Notes: generated by a model from the letters alone, not told the origin. DNA of 64,000 nucleotides from Mobula hypostoma (GCF_963921235.1 NC_086107.1:107758001-107822000); one strand, 5' to 3'. Counted from the first letter of the stretch, positions 37,601-51,599 are shown. Translations and numbers: made by a program.

Positions 37601-39517
37601 ATTCTATAGAACAACACGAGTTCTCTCATCTATGTAATAAGGTATTTATACCTGTTTATCACCAGACAATGGAAAGCATTCCATTACTTTTACCTCAATT
37701 TGCTGAGCATAGAGTCTCACAGCACAGAATGCAGACATTTCGTCCACTGTATCTATGCCAACACTTTAATAGTGTTACCACACACTTCCAACCCCTCTGT
37801 TCTTTCTGTGCAACTCTTCTAATTTCCCATTCAAGTACTTATCCAATCCTTTTCGAAAGTTCCTGTTAAATCTACTTCTACCTCCCCTGTTAAGGCAGCA
37901 AGTTCCAGATTTCAGCAACTCACTGGGACAAAAAAGAAATCTTTTCATCTCTCCCACCCCATCAGTATCTTTGCCAGATGCCTTCAAATACTCCATATTT
38001 TGTTTGTTTGGAGTCTTCACTGTGCATCCTGCCGGCCTTATTCCCAAAGGAATATGCAAATATGTGTTTCCCTGCCGCTCCTGTAGACTCCTTCTCTTGC
38101 TGGACTGGATTTAAGTGCTCAGGAGCATGTTTTTTTTTTAAACTGGTGAAGATAATTTAAATTTGAGTTGCCAAGCTGGCATTTTATCTAAGCTTTTTTT
38201 GCAGAAAGGCGGCCTTGCATTTCTAAAACACCTGAAAATTGAAAGACTGCAGATGGAGAAAATCTGAACTAAAAAAAACAAAATGGTGGAAACACTCAAC
38301 AAATTTTACCTGAAGTTCTACCTCTGTTTCTCTCTCCAAAGATCTGCTGTGCATTTCCAGTAGTTTTCATTTTCATTTTTAAAGCATCTGCTCTGTTTCA
38401 GTCAAAGCAATTTACAAATTCATCTTGAGGTCTCCATTGGTAAGGGTCGCCCATGGATATTGCATCTCAGCTCTCTATGTGACAGGCAAACCAGGGAAGT
38501 ATGACATGTAGAGCAAGTTTTGGGTTCATAGCAGACTCCCCCCTCTCCATGCAGCTGATGAATCCAAAGGAACAGCAGACACCGATGCAGTTTGGCACCA
38601 TCAGTGTCACAGGAGTTGCCAGTCAGTGTTGAACTCAACACAAAACTGCCTTAGGACTCCACCATCGAATTTTTCTTCAGGGTTTACTCCCAAAGCCTTC
38701 CCCATGAGTGGGTATAGCCACAAGGCAGTGGAGGTTTGAGATCAGAATTTTCCTTCTTCTAAATGAGCTACCAACTGTTGCTGACGAGCCCCATCTACCC
38801 GAAAGGTTCTGAGGCACCGGTGACCTGCCTTTGTGCCTTCTCCTGTCAGACTCTACTTTAAAAACCGTTTCAATAGCTTTAAAGTGCTTGAGAACATCCT
38901 GAGGTTCCAAAAGAGCCAACAAAATATAATTTGAAAAAGGTATTTATACCATCTTTTGATTATCCTATTTTGCATTGGTTACATTGAGAAATAATATGGG
39001 ATTAAAATGATTTCAAAACACAATTTGGCTCCAAAAGATGAAGGTGAAAAGTAAAGAAATTTATTGCTAATTATAAACATTGAGTCAAAAATATAGTCTT
39101 GATCAACATTGATTTCCCTCCCATCTTAGACCTGTTTCAGACTGCTGCAGACTAAATAAACGCGAGGCTTTGGGAAGGGGTAGGAGAAACCAATGGAACA
39201 TTGTACTAGAGGAAGGAATTTACGTGCAACACTTATAAATCAGTGGTCAGGGCTTAGCTAGAGCGTTGCCACAATTCTGGGCCCCATGTGTTTTCTTTTC
39301 CTCAGATGGATGTAAAAGGCCTTGGAAATTTACAGAACAGTCCCAAGGCATTTAGCCCTGCCGTGACTGGAGAAGCTGGGGCTGTCATCCAGAGCTGATA
39401 TCAGAGCTGTTCAAAATTACAAAGGGTTCTCATAAGAGTAAATGGGGAGAGATTGACTCCAGCCATGGAAGGGTTGTTAGCCAGACAGCAAAGTTTTAGA
39501 GTGATGGAAATGATAAT

Positions 39518-40300
39518 AGAGTGGATTCCAGTTAACTGGGACACATCTGAACCAGTACATTTTGGCCCAATTAAGTGGCTGCCCAATTTGCCGAAGTTTC
39601 ATGGAAATAGTTAAAAAGGTATAAAAAGGACCAACTAACAAATTATGTTTTTAAATAAAATACGGAACAAATTAGAACACTACCAATAGAACTCAGTACT
39701 ATAAGAGCATGTACTAGTTTCTAATAGTTATCGACGGAGGTTTTCATGCAGTGTACGCAATGAACCAAATCAGTGCAGATACCGAGTGCAGATAATAGAC
39801 TGCCTTCATACGATGCTATCGATGATTTGTATCCTTCAAATCTTCATTCTCATTGTAACATTCAAGATGATGATCGATACCTTCAAATTCTTCATAGTTC
39901 CTAACTTGTCGAAGTAGTGAAATCATTTCATTTTCACTCCCGGATGTTTCTGGCATCTCCAAGTTTGAAGGCTTTAAACCACAGTGAGCAAAACAGTTTG
40001 GAATTGTCTTACTGCTATTTCTCGCCGACTATCAATGAAAAAAAAATCACTGCTTTTTGAATACAAAAACTGATGCTATTTCAAAGTTGCTTGCTCTAGG
40101 CATGGTGTAGTGTCTAATGGTTACAAAAGTGTGCACAACTTATGCTGGTTAGAAACTTCGTCAATGTTCTCCTGCCCCAATTAAGCATTAGTGTCCCAGA
40201 TAAATGAAGGGAATCCTGGCAATTTTTTTGATTAGATTTTGTTCTTTTAAGGGTTGTCCCAAATAAGTGGCTGCCCTGATTAACCGATGGCCCAATTAAC
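39518..40300. mobile_element. Probable Tigger/pogo-like DNA transposon remnant
   Basis: Left GTGGATTCCAGTTAACTGGG, right GGCCCAATTAAC. Subterminal repeat TAAGTGGCTGCCC occurs near both ends. Confidence 0.5.
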
Positions 40301-43300
40301 TATGTTATTTTGAGCAACATACACAAAATGCTGGAGGAACTCAGCAAGTTAGAGAGCAACTATGGAGAGCAATAAACGGTCAATGTTTTGGGCTGAGGCA
40401 CTGCATCGGGATGGAAAACGAAGGGGACAGAAGTTAGAATAAGCAGGTGGGGTGGGAGGGGAAGGAGCATAAGCTGGCAGGTGATAGAAGAGACGAGGTG
40501 AGAGGGAAGGTGGGTGGAGGGAGGATGAAGTGAGAAGCTGGAGGTGATAGGTGCAGGAGGCAAAGGGCTGTAGAAGGTTGTACAGAAGGACATTCTGCCT
40601 ATTAAAGTGGACAAAGTATTGTAGGAACTCAGCAGGTCAGGAAGCATCTATGGAAAGGAATAACCAGTTGTTGTTTTGCGGCAAAGCCCTGCATCAGTCA
40701 AATTTCAAGGTTTTATACTGCATGCATACTTTGATAATAAATGTACCTTGAACACTGAACTTTGAACCTTGTGATCTGGAGCAATGAAAGCTCTAACAGG
40801 AAACTGAATAAATTGATGTGGAGGGGAGAGGGAATTGACAAGACTCTGGGTTAAAGGCTAGGCAGGTATTGTCGGAGTGTAAGTGCTGAAAGAGAGAAAA
40901 AAAACTTATGGCTGACTGAATGGAAAGGCCTCCTTTAAGTTTGAGACTTTGAAGCATTTAGGAAAGTAAGTGTCACAATGGCCTTCACTGCAAGGAGCTT
41001 GAAGCACAAGAAAGATTTTTGCCTCAGCTGAGCAGGGTTTGATGATATTACACCTGGAGTACCTCATGGAGCTTCAGTCATTGTTTCTGAAGTAGGTCTC
41101 ATTGACTGTGCAACTGGTGCAGTGTGAAATCACTTGATTTCTGGAGGGGTGGGATGTTTGTGGGGAGAAGCGATCTTTCAGGGAAAAATTGAGCAAGGCT
41201 GCCTGGTACTGATTGGAGTTGGAAAGAACAAGAAGGGATGCTAAATGAAATATACCACATTTTGAAAGGAATTGTCTCCTCAGGCTGGAAGACCTAAAAC
41301 TAATGCCATGGTCTCATCTAAGGGGTAGAGGTGAGGAGAAAACCCTTTCCTCCAGATAATTGTAAGCCCTTAGAATTCTCTACCCAGGAGCATTTGGATG
41401 TTCAGTGATTGGCACATTCAATACCAGGATTAAAAGATATTTGGACACCAAAGGTAATCAGAAGATCAGGGAAGAATTTGGCCCTGAGACACAGGATATG
41501 TGGGAAAGTGGGACAGGTGCAGAAATATCGAATACTAGAGGGCATAGCTTTAAGGTGAGGGGCTGAAGTTTAAAGGGAATGTGCAAGACAAATTTTTGTT
41601 TTTACACAGCAAGTAGTAGGTGCCTGGAACCCATTGCCAGGGTGATAGCGGAACAGATATACCAGCAATGCTCAAGAGGCACATGAATATGGAGGGAAAT
41701 GCCTCACGTACAGGCCAAAGATTAGGTTAATTTGGAATCATGTTCGGCTCAGGCATCATGAGCCAAAATGCTTTTTCCAGTTCTATATAGATAGGTATAC
41801 TTGCTATGTTGGACATGGTGGGCTATTTCTATGTTCTAAGACTATATAAGCTACAAACAATTTTGCCCAGTAGACCACCCTGATGTTTATAGTCTACTGG
41901 ATTTTCCATGGACTTTCTTTGCTCAAAGCTATCACTGTAACCCTCCTTTTCCTTCATTGGATAATGTTACTGATAAGTTTTCAGACTATAAGGTAACCAG
42001 AGAATGTGAAGGACGAAAGTAAAGGCATGTTTGAAACGACTCATGATCTTATCATAGAGCAGGTTCAGAGCTGAATTCCAATCCTGCTCCTAATTATCCT
42101 GCAAAAATTGGTGTCAAATGATGCCTGTATGAAGGTCAGAGATGACTTAGGACTGTGGTGTCTAGTCCAACCTCCAAGAGGACCACAAGCTTGTCGGAGG
42201 GTTTCGAGGCTTGCGCCCCTCAATGACCTAGAGAGCTGTTTTGGTTCAGGGCCTTATGCTTTGGCTTTTGGTAGGGTCACCCATGCCACATAGTTCAAAG
42301 GGTAAAGGCCAAACTAAGAGTGGTCCAGATTCAGGGGTTCAGCTCAGGGCTAACAGCCCTGCCTGGTGAAACAAAACTGTTATTGAAACAGCAATGAGGA
42401 ATCCTTCTATGCAGGAGAGATGCAGGACCATCATTTATTTTTGAAATGCTAGCAGCGTAACAGGTAGTAAGTTTTGGCCAAGCAGCACAACCAATGGCTT
42501 GTCAATCTTTACACATTTATTTTTTGAAAGCAGTTACAACATAATAAACCTAGTAATAACAAAAACAAGCTATGGTACTCACACATTGTAAATATTCTAT
42601 AATACAATTTCAAACCTGCCCAACAGGGTATAAATACTCCAGTTTACATCATTACCATGAAGTGAGGATGAATTTGAACTGACTGTTGTTCTCCAAAGAG
42701 TTGTGTCCTGGGACATGCCAGGGACTTGGAGAGTACTTGCCTCTCCTTCAGCCAAACTGATTGGGACTTTCTCAGCTCTCAGGCCCACCATCTCTTCACC
42801 ATCCCACCCAGATCATGCACCATTGGAGAAAACAGAAGGATGGCATCTTAATTCCAGTTATTCCAGGAATACGGAAGACGAGAACTCTGAGGGGAAGACT
42901 GCATGTCACCTCTTCCCATGGAGGGCACTGTGTGGGAGGACGGGCTTAAGGATTGCCCAAACCATTCGGCCCACCCATAAATATTAACAAATCATCCCTC
43001 CAGCCAAGCCACCAGAAAGGACCTCCTGACGGGGAGCTTTCTCCAACCCCCCCCCCCCCACTGAGTCTGACGCCATTGGTGTGGAAACAGTAATAAATAA
43101 TGTTAGAAATCCTGTGACAAAATGGACCTCCTCTCCTCCCCCCATCCCCCCATTATTGAGGATCCGCTCGCAGATCCCCCTACCCTCTCAGAACCAGGAT
43201 CCCATGCAGGAGGAAGCCCCCTTTCGGTAGGTATCTTTTGGAAAAGCAAATCAAAATAAAGGGGACAGATAAGAGCAAGGCAAAAACCAATCTCTTTTTA

Positions 43301-43779
43301 AAAAAAATCAGGCTTTTCAAAATCAAGTTCAGGTCTGAAAGAATCAACACACACACACACACACACACACACACGCGCGCTGACACCAACACAAGATCTC
43401 AAGGCCTGTTTAAAAAGGTATCGGTGAGAGATTTTGGCTTGCCTGCATCGAGATCCACCCCCCCCCCAGTTTGGATAAAGAAATATATACAGCTATTCTG
43501 ACATTTCTCCTGTCCTCTTTTTTCCTGAACATGCCAGATCTTGTTTGGTAGCTCATCCAAAGCAGCATTCTTTTCACACAAGATGAGGCTGAAAACAGTT
43601 GTTAGATTGATCTTAGAGTAGGTTAAAGTCTCAGCACAAGCTTGGGCCAAAGGGCCTCTACTGTGCTGAGGTGTTCTATGTTCGGCAGTGGCAGGGCAGC
43701 CGTGCGAAATATAGTTCTGTAGGTGAGGGGATCCAGACCCATTACAAAACTCCTCTGCATAATGGCAGATTTCACAAAT

Positions 43780-44365
43780 CAAAGCATGAGTACATGAGTT
43801 AGAGTGTTATGTTGAAGTTGGAAAAGCCATGGTAAGGTCTACTTTGGAGTATTGTGTGCAATTCTGGTCACCTACCTACAGGAAAAATATCAGTAAGATT
43901 GAAAGAGTGCAGAGAAAATTTACAAGGATGTTGCCAGAACTTCTAGGGAAAAGGCTGAATAGGTTAGGATTTCATTCCCTGGGAGAGTCTGGAGAGATTT
44001 GACAGAGGTATGCAAGATTATGATGGATATAGATGGGGTAAATGCAAGCAGGCTTTTTCCACTGAGGTCAGGCGAGACTAGAACTAGATTTCATGGGTTA
44101 AAGATGAAAGGTGAAATGTTTTAAGGGGAGCCTGATGGGGTGCTCCTCTTCACCACTGGGTGGTGAGAGTGTGGAACAAGCTGCCAGCGGAAGTGGTGGA
44201 TGTGGGTTCGATCTCAACATTTAAGAGAAATTTGGATAAGTACATGGATAGGAGGGGTAAGGAGGACTATGGTCCGGGTCCAAGTTGATAGGACTACGGA
44301 CAATAATAGTTCAACGTGGATTAGATTGGTCAAAGGGCCTGTTTCTGTGCTGTGTTATGACTCCA
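43780..44365 (+). mobile_element. Decayed CR1 3' region
   Basis: TTGGAGTATTGTGTGCAATTCTGGTCACC and other CR1 motifs. Confidence 0.75.
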
Positions 44366-45319
44366 TGCCTTTGATTATGAGGGAAGCCAGGGGAAAAATA
44401 AGGTTGTTCACCTCAGAGCAGAGAAGGTTAAGAGGAGATTTGAAAGAGGCACTCAGAATTGAGTTTCTTCCACTGGCAGGAATGTCATGAACGAGAGGGC
44501 ACAAGTTCAAGATGATTGGTAGAATCACTAAAGGTAATTTCCTCTCTCCACTTCCAGTTCAACAAGTTCATTTATTTATTTATTATTCATTGAGATACAG
44601 TGCAAAATAGGCTCTTCGAGCCATGGCCCCAGCACCCCCCCCCCATATAACCCCTAGCTTAATCATAGAACAATTTACAATGGCCAATTAACCTACCAAC
44701 TGGTAGGTCTTTGGACTGTGGGAGGAAACCCATGCAGTCATGGGGAGAACGTACAAACTCCTTACAGGCAGTGATGGGAAATGAACCTGGGTCGCCTGTA
44801 CTGTCCAGAGTTGAGCTAACCAGTTGTAACCTGAGATAGGCTGTCTGAAAAATCAGTTTCAATCAGGCCTTCCAAAAGTGAATTGATACTTGCAAAAGGA
44901 GACACTTGAATGTTCATGAAAAATTCACACTCCAACCTGTGGGACTAATTGAAGGCTTCTTTTAAAGGGCTTTATACACTGAATAGGCTTCCCCTGTAGA
45001 TTGAGGATCTACTGGATATCGGGCTGAGGGGCTTGGATGTGTGCCTAATTGAATTCCCCCAACTCAATGCCAGAGCAAAAAACTAGGATGAGGAAAGGCT
45101 CTGGTCTGGTTGATGGTCATCAATGATAAACCCTAACGTCACAGGTAACTACCCCAGTGAGGGAGAGTTCACAAAATAATTCCTCAGTAGACCTTCAGCA
45201 AAACACAATATCCACCTCTGCTGCAGGTTCAAAATGGCTGCTGAAGAACAGGGATTGGGGGCAATGAGAATCCTGCCATTAAAATTAGGATTATTAAATA
45301 TATTCAACAAAACAAGCAA

Positions 45320-47388
45320 CAAAGTTCCTTTAATGTTACACCCTTACTACATCCAGTAAGAGTTCCAACCATTCGGCTATAGAGGCAAACAACACAGTCC
45401 CCATAGTGATCTGGTCTCAAACTTGTATAGTTATGGAGTGGGTGAAGTTTAATCTTACTTCTCCCACTTCTTGAAAGATAGGGCCCTATTTTGAGGAGCT
45501 GGCGATGGTTTCTCATTATGACTTTTGGAATAGGGATACATGGCCAATTCTAATAAGCCTCAAGGGAATTTAAGGAGCAGAACTCTTCTGGGAGGGCTAA
45601 TTGGAAAACTGACCAGTGAGATTATAGCCCAAGCAACCTTGAGCGAGAAGCTCATTGTATGGGAGGCAGAAAATTCTGCCAAGGCTGATGTTTATTTCCC
45701 ATCCCAATGATGGCTTTCCCAGAACTACAATTTCATATAAATATTTGGTGTAGAAATTGAGTCACCCATCTTCCAAATCAGGGAAGCCCAGTAGATTTCC
45801 TGTCCTAAAAGATACAAGTGGTTTTTGGTTCATGGTCACTATTACTGAGACAAACATTGTATTTCTGTTTCCCAAAACTGTCATGGCAGGATTGAACTCT
45901 GTCTTTGGATCATTAATCCAAAATTACCACACTACCTTTTACATCTTTATATACTGTATACAAAAGACTGTTTAATAAATTAAGTACTTTGTTCAACTTT
46001 TAATGGTCCTACATACTCCCTGTACTTATCTGCTGAAGGAGATCTGTGATCCAGTGTTTGCAACTGGATAAGGCCTCCAAACTTTTGCATTTCTTTCTCC
46101 TGTGTCATCACAATGCAAACTGGGTCTACAAGAGATTCAAGAGACCCAAACAGTCCAATACCATAGTGTTTGTGGCACATTCCCGGGCCCAAATGGAAAA
46201 CTCTTCATCCTGATCAAATGATTCTTGAATGTCAAAGAGGCTTCCTCCTCCATTCCACATCCTTTCTCCAACTACAACTAACAAAACACATCCGGACAGA
46301 AATATCCATATTGCTGTTTAAGCATCCCTGTAATTCTTCTCCCAGAACTGCTGAAAGCACCTGGGATCTTTAGTCCCTGGATTTACCAGGAAGGCTTGCC
46401 AAACCCTAGATTAGCCTCCTGCAAGCCTAAAATAGCCAACACTCCATCAATGGAGTAAACTCTCAAGGAGGTGAATTAAAACGGCTCCTCGTCAGTCCAG
46501 AGGAAGTGGACAGGGCCAAAACTCTGCCCGCTCCACAACAGGTGGGACTTTAAAAAAAAACAGGAGGAATCTTGCCCCAATGCATTTTACACTGGGGATT
46601 TTTTTTGCCGCACCTCTGGAAATTATAAAAAAGGGGCCGAAAGACTCTTAAAAGTCTTTGGAGTATGTACAAGTTTTCCACCCTACCAGGTCGCCAAGGC
46701 GATCACACATTCACACACTCACACACACACACTTGCACAACGTTAGCAATGGTGAAAAGTCCCTCCCTCCCCCGCCCCCCAGTTAAACCAAACAGCAGCC
46801 TGTGTGAGAGCTAAGCAGGTTAAAACAAACTAAAACGACATTTACTCGCTAGTTGAAGCAAAGCAGGCTTAAGGCTTCCCCGCGGTTCCTCACTCAGGCG
46901 GAGGTGGGGGGAACATCTTGAGCAAGTCCACAAGTTTGGTCAACACCTCACTCACTCGGTTGGTGTGTGGGGGTGAGGTGGGGGGAACTTCCACGCTTTC
47001 GATCATAGCCCGAGAGGTGGTTATTTTGGGAGGGAGAGGGATTGGAGTTGTTAAAAAAAACGGGAGAGAGGATGACTATTGGCAGAGGCGCCATGAGCCA
47101 ACGTCTCCCCTCAACTGACAGCGATCACACATGGCGCCGGCCTGGCGTCAACCCTCTTGTCCATAGGCGCGAAAAACCCTGCGGCTCCGTCCGGACGCGC
47201 GGAGAATATTGCGAGCCGCTCGTCAGCGGGAGGGGGTCAATCTTCGGAACCGTACGTTTTTAATTGTTTGTTTTGTTTTAAAAGCTGTGGTATTTCGTAT
47301 TTTTATTTCTCCTTCAGTCAGGTGCAAAGAAAACAAAAAAGGCGGGTGGCCATTGGTAGGAGGTAAAAAGGGGGGTTGGGGGTAGTCA
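45320..47388 (-). other. SOX10: Probable SOX10 3' UTR (end uncertain)
   Basis: Mostly repeat-poor stretch after the stop codon. Candidate minus-strand signals are ATTAAA at 45976-45971 and ATTAAA at 45334-45329, the latter followed by GU-rich TTGCTTGTTTTGTTG. Confidence 0.45.
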
Positions 47389-48095
47389 TTATGGGCGGGT
47401 GAGCGTCGTGTAGACGGGCTGCTCCCAATGGGTGGGACTGCGGGACTGGGGCACCGACTGCGGGTCACTGATGGAGGTGTAGAGCGGGCGCTGCGAGGCG
47501 CCCATGTAAGAGAAGGCGGTGTAGAGTCCGGAGGTCTGGGCGGACGGGCTGTAGTAAGGCCCGGTGGCCTGGTGCTCGGGGTAGTCGAACTGGGACCTGG
47601 TGATGCTGGGGAAGGCTGTGCCGTAGTGCGGGAGGCTGAGGGAGGTGTAAGTGATCTGCGCCGAGGAGTGCTGCTGCTCCGAGTAGTGGCTCGGGTGCGA
47701 CTGCTCAGTCTTGATCTGGGTCTTGGACTCGGCCGAGGCGGCGGCCGGGCCCGACGGGGCTGAGCCGCTGGCGTGTTGCTTGGAGATCCAGGCGGAATGT
47801 CCACCGGCCAGTGCCCCTCCGAGCCCGTAGTTTCCACCGTAGGCCCCGGCGCCCAGGGCTTGCCCGTGGCTGGGATGCCCGTTGGGCGGCAGGTACTGGT
47901 CAAATTCATGGACATCGAAGGTCTCCATGTTGGACATAACGTCGTGACTGAGGTCCCCGATGTCCATGTTGCTGAAATCGATGTGCGGCTTCCCTCCTTC
48001 TACCAGCGGGCGTCCTTCCCGTTTCCCCTCCGCTTTTCCGGGCTGCATCTCTGTCTTTGGGGTGGTGGGGGGAGTTGGGGGGCCATGGCTCTGCC
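47389..48095 (-). CDS. SOX10: SOX10 last coding exon (K2 and C-terminal transactivation domains)
   Basis: Acceptor ttctAG at 48097-48096, with phase compatible with the previous exon. Peptide [16 protein letters not shown]...GGKPHIDF...GHSAWISK...[10 protein letters not shown]...SQRPLYT...[16 protein letters not shown] has SOX10-type motifs rather than SOX9/SOX8 ones. TAA at 47391-47389. Confidence 0.95.
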
Positions 48096-48949
48096 CTAGA
48101 AGCAAATGAACAAAAAAAACCTTCAGACCCTCTCACAGGAGAAACATTGGCACAAAATACGGGCAAAACGAAGTACAGATGGAGGGGTTTGAACTAAAAA
48201 AAAATTGGCAATTCCTTTCCAACCCCCACAGATGCTGTTTGAGCTGCACTCCTTTAGCAGACTGTTTGCTGGTGGATACATATGACTGGAGTCTGGACAG
48301 ACATACAAGAACACAGTGGGTCAGGCACAATATATTATGAGAAATGGACAGTCGATGTTTTGGGTTCAGAACCTTCAAATGTCAGGATGAAGGATCTCTG
48401 CCCAAAACATCAACTGTCCATTTTCCTCTATAGATGCTACCAGATCCACTGAGCTCCTTCACCATCTTGTGTGTTGAACAGGGAAAACCAAGGTGGATGT
48501 TGAGGAAGAGTGGAAAAAATCATACTACATCTGTGCAAAGCTCTCATTGCACAAGAAGTCTGTCCTTATGAAGAACTGGAGGGAGGATACTTGGATCCCA
48601 GATGTTAAATTGTAAAGAGAAGTTAGAAATCTTGAATTGTATTATCTGGAATTTGGAAGGTTAATGAATGGTTTGATCGAACTCCTGCAGATATTACAGG
48701 ATACCGATGAAGATTATAGAATCTGACAATTGGAGTTAGAACATACAGAAGTAAAAAAAGTAATAAACAATTTTAATCAAAATGAATTTGGACCTCTTCC
48801 ATGAAGGATATTTATTTATTTATTGAGATACAGCATGGAATAGGCCCTTCTAGAATGTGCCACCCAGCAATCCCAGATCCTAGCAGACAATTTACAACGT
48901 CCAATTAACCTACCAACCAGTACATCTGTGGACAACAACCATCAAATTA

Positions 48950-49158
48950 ACCATGGCCTAATCATGGGTCAATTTACAATGACCAATTAACCAACCAACT
49001 GGTACATCTTTGGACTGTGGGAGGAAACTGGAAGACCTAGAGGAAACCCACGTGGTGACGAGGACAATGTACAAACTCCTTACAGGCAGTGGCGGGAAAT
49101 GAACCTGAGTACCGGCACTGTAAAGTGTTGTGCTAACCACAATGCTACTGTGCCCCCT
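48950..49158 (-). mobile_element. V-SINE in SOX10 intron (another copy at about 44660-44825)
   Basis: Reverse complement of the tRNA-like head plus V-domain. Confidence 0.75.
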
Positions 49159-49724
49159 CACAGTGTTAGATAAATTGTTAGTTTTAAATGGCATTGTTTT
49201 TAACCAAATATATTAAGGAAACAGGGTGAAGGTGTGTACATGAGGTGCAATCACAGATCTGCCTTGATCTTATTGAATGAGAAAACAAGGTTATGCAGCT
49301 CAGTAACTTTTTCATAAGTGTGAAGAATAGGTAAATGTGTCACAAATGTAGTTCATGCCCATCTACGTATGTCACCTTTTATGTGGAACACCAACTACAT
49401 ATTTAAGGGCGTAGGTATTTTTTTAACAGCCTAGAGACTACTAGACAGGTATATGGAGGAATTTAAGGTGGGGGGGGGTATATGGGAGGCAGGGTTTGAG
49501 GGTCGGCACAACATTGTGGGCCGAAGGGCCTGTACTGTGCTGTACTATTCTATTCTATTCTAGTTTAATGCATCCTTGGGAAAGAAAGTTAGTAATAGGT
49601 ATTTCATATATCAGAGAGATCTAAGGAGCAAAGGTCTTGCTTTGATAGATACAAGCATTAAAGCAATGTCCAACACACTGGCAAAAGGTCGCTATTGACA
49701 ACAGCAGTATGGCCAACCCATTCT

Positions 49725-50082
49725 GGGTGGTGGGGTGGAGATCAGTCTCTAGCAAAGGAGGTGTAAGGTACTCCTTTGCTAGCTGCAGGTCACCATTGGG
49801 CAAGGTGGTAGCACTTGCTTAGCCTCCCTGATCAGGGTCACGTGAAGTCATGGGAGCAGGTGGTGGGTATCTCAAATCTTGATTATGCGACCACCGACGC
49901 CAGGCAGACAATCTCTGTAGAATATTGATAATGGCTAGGGTCACCTGTCTTTATAAAGACACTGCCCAGAAGAAGGCAATGGCAAACCACTTCTGTGGAA
50001 AAATTTTGCCAAGAGCAATCATAGTTATGGAAAGACCACGATCACTTACGTCATACAACATGGCACATGATGATGATGATGA
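49725..50082 (+). mobile_element. RTE/BovB-related short element with (GAT)n tail
   Basis: GAAGGCAATGGCAAACCACTTC resembles the BovB/Sauria-SINE 3' motif. Tail (TGA)n. Confidence 0.55.
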
Positions 50083-51067
50083 TCTCATTCAGGAATAACA
50101 AAACAGTTTAAAACATGTAGTTTAGATTCACTAAGGATGGCAAGGTTCAGTTATTGGGGCCTCAACTATTTGGGTTATATTTCAGTTCCGAGGAAGGGTA
50201 CTATGTGATAACGGTTCTCATCTTGTCAAAATCTTTTCATAAGTTAGAAAGTAGAGCCAGGAACATGCAGTACCCTCCACTCACTTGGTTCTGCGCAGCT
50301 CCAAAAACACTGAAGAAGCTTAGTGCCATTCAAGACAATTCAGTCTTCATTTTTATCCCACCTACCTCCCTAATCATTCGTACCTTCCACCATGATGTAA
50401 TGTGGGCTACCCACAAAACGAACTGCAGCTATTCTGGTAGATACTCCAACAACACCTCCCAAAACACTGACCTGTACTGCCAAGAACAGCAAAGGCACCG
50501 TCAGTTGCAGGTCTCCCTCTGAGTTACACCCCATCTCTCAATGTTATTCTCAGTATCTCATGTTTTCAGTATTATTTATTATTATTATTTCTAGCTGCAT
50601 AGCTTGCTTTTTTGCACATTGGTTATTTATCAGTCTTTGTGTAGTTTTTCATTGATTCCATTGTATTTGTCTGTTCTACTGTGAATGCCTGCAAGAAAAT
50701 GAATCTCAAGATAGTATATGGTGATATATACATACTTTGGTAATAAATTTACTTTGAACTTTGATCCTGAATTGGAACATCATTATTACTGGGTCTAAAT
50801 CCTGGTAACCCCCTACCTAGCTGCACTCTGAACTGGAGCAGCACAAGGCTCACCAATACTTTTCAAGGGGCAATTAGAAATGGGTAACAAATGATGACCT
50901 AGCTAGCGATACCTATATTCCATAAGTAAATAAAAAATTGCCATCGAGTTGGATTCAAACTATAAAAATATGTAAACACAAGAGATTCCTCGGATGCTGG
51001 AAAATCAAAGCAACACACAAAATGCTGGAGGAACTCAGCAGGCCAAGCAACATCTATGAAGTAGCAA

Positions 51068-51599
51068 CTTTGCTTCCCATTCCCGTTCTGACATGTCAGC
51101 CGATGGATTCCTCTAGTGCCATGATGAGGTGACACTAAGCAACACCTTATCTTCTGTCTGGGTAGCCTCCAACCTGATGAAATGAACATCAGTTTCTCAA
51201 ACGTCTGATGAAGGAGACTCCCTACCCTAATCATTCCCTATTTTTTGCTTTCTTGTCTCACATTATCTCCTTACCTGCCGATCAACTCTCTCCAGTGCTC
51301 CTCCCATTCCCTTTCTTCCATGGGCTTCTATCCTCTGCTATCAGATTTCCCCTTCTCCAGCCCTTTACCTCTCTCACCGATGAACTTCCCAGCTCTTTAC
51401 TTCACCCCCTCCCCCTCTCCTGGTTTCACCTATTGCCTGCCACCTTGAACTTCTTCCTCCCCTCCTCCTACCTACTTACTCTGACTTCTCAACTTTCTCT
51501 CCAGTCCTGATGAAGGGTCTCAGCCCAAAACAGAGGCTGTTTACTCTTTTCCAGAGAGGCTGCCTGATCTGCTGAGTTCCTTTAGCATTTTGTGTGTTG
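51068..51599 (+). mobile_element. Penelope-like 3' fragment
   Basis: GIY-YIG-tail-like DNA (CAACACCTTATCTTCTGTCTGGGTAGCCTCCAACC) and CTGATGAAGGGTCTC. 15-bp TSD TCTATGAAGTAGCAA at 51053-51067 and 51600-51614. Confidence 0.75.

Noticed and set aside
47302..47307. AATAAA about 80 nt after the SOX10 stop as the main poly(A) signal
   Set aside because: It lies in an A-rich stretch with no GU-rich downstream element; it cannot be supported without 3'-end data.
47223..47915. 230-aa alternative-frame ORF and antisense ORFs over the SOX10 last exon
   Set aside because: Expected from GC-rich, stop-poor coding DNA; low-complexity product.
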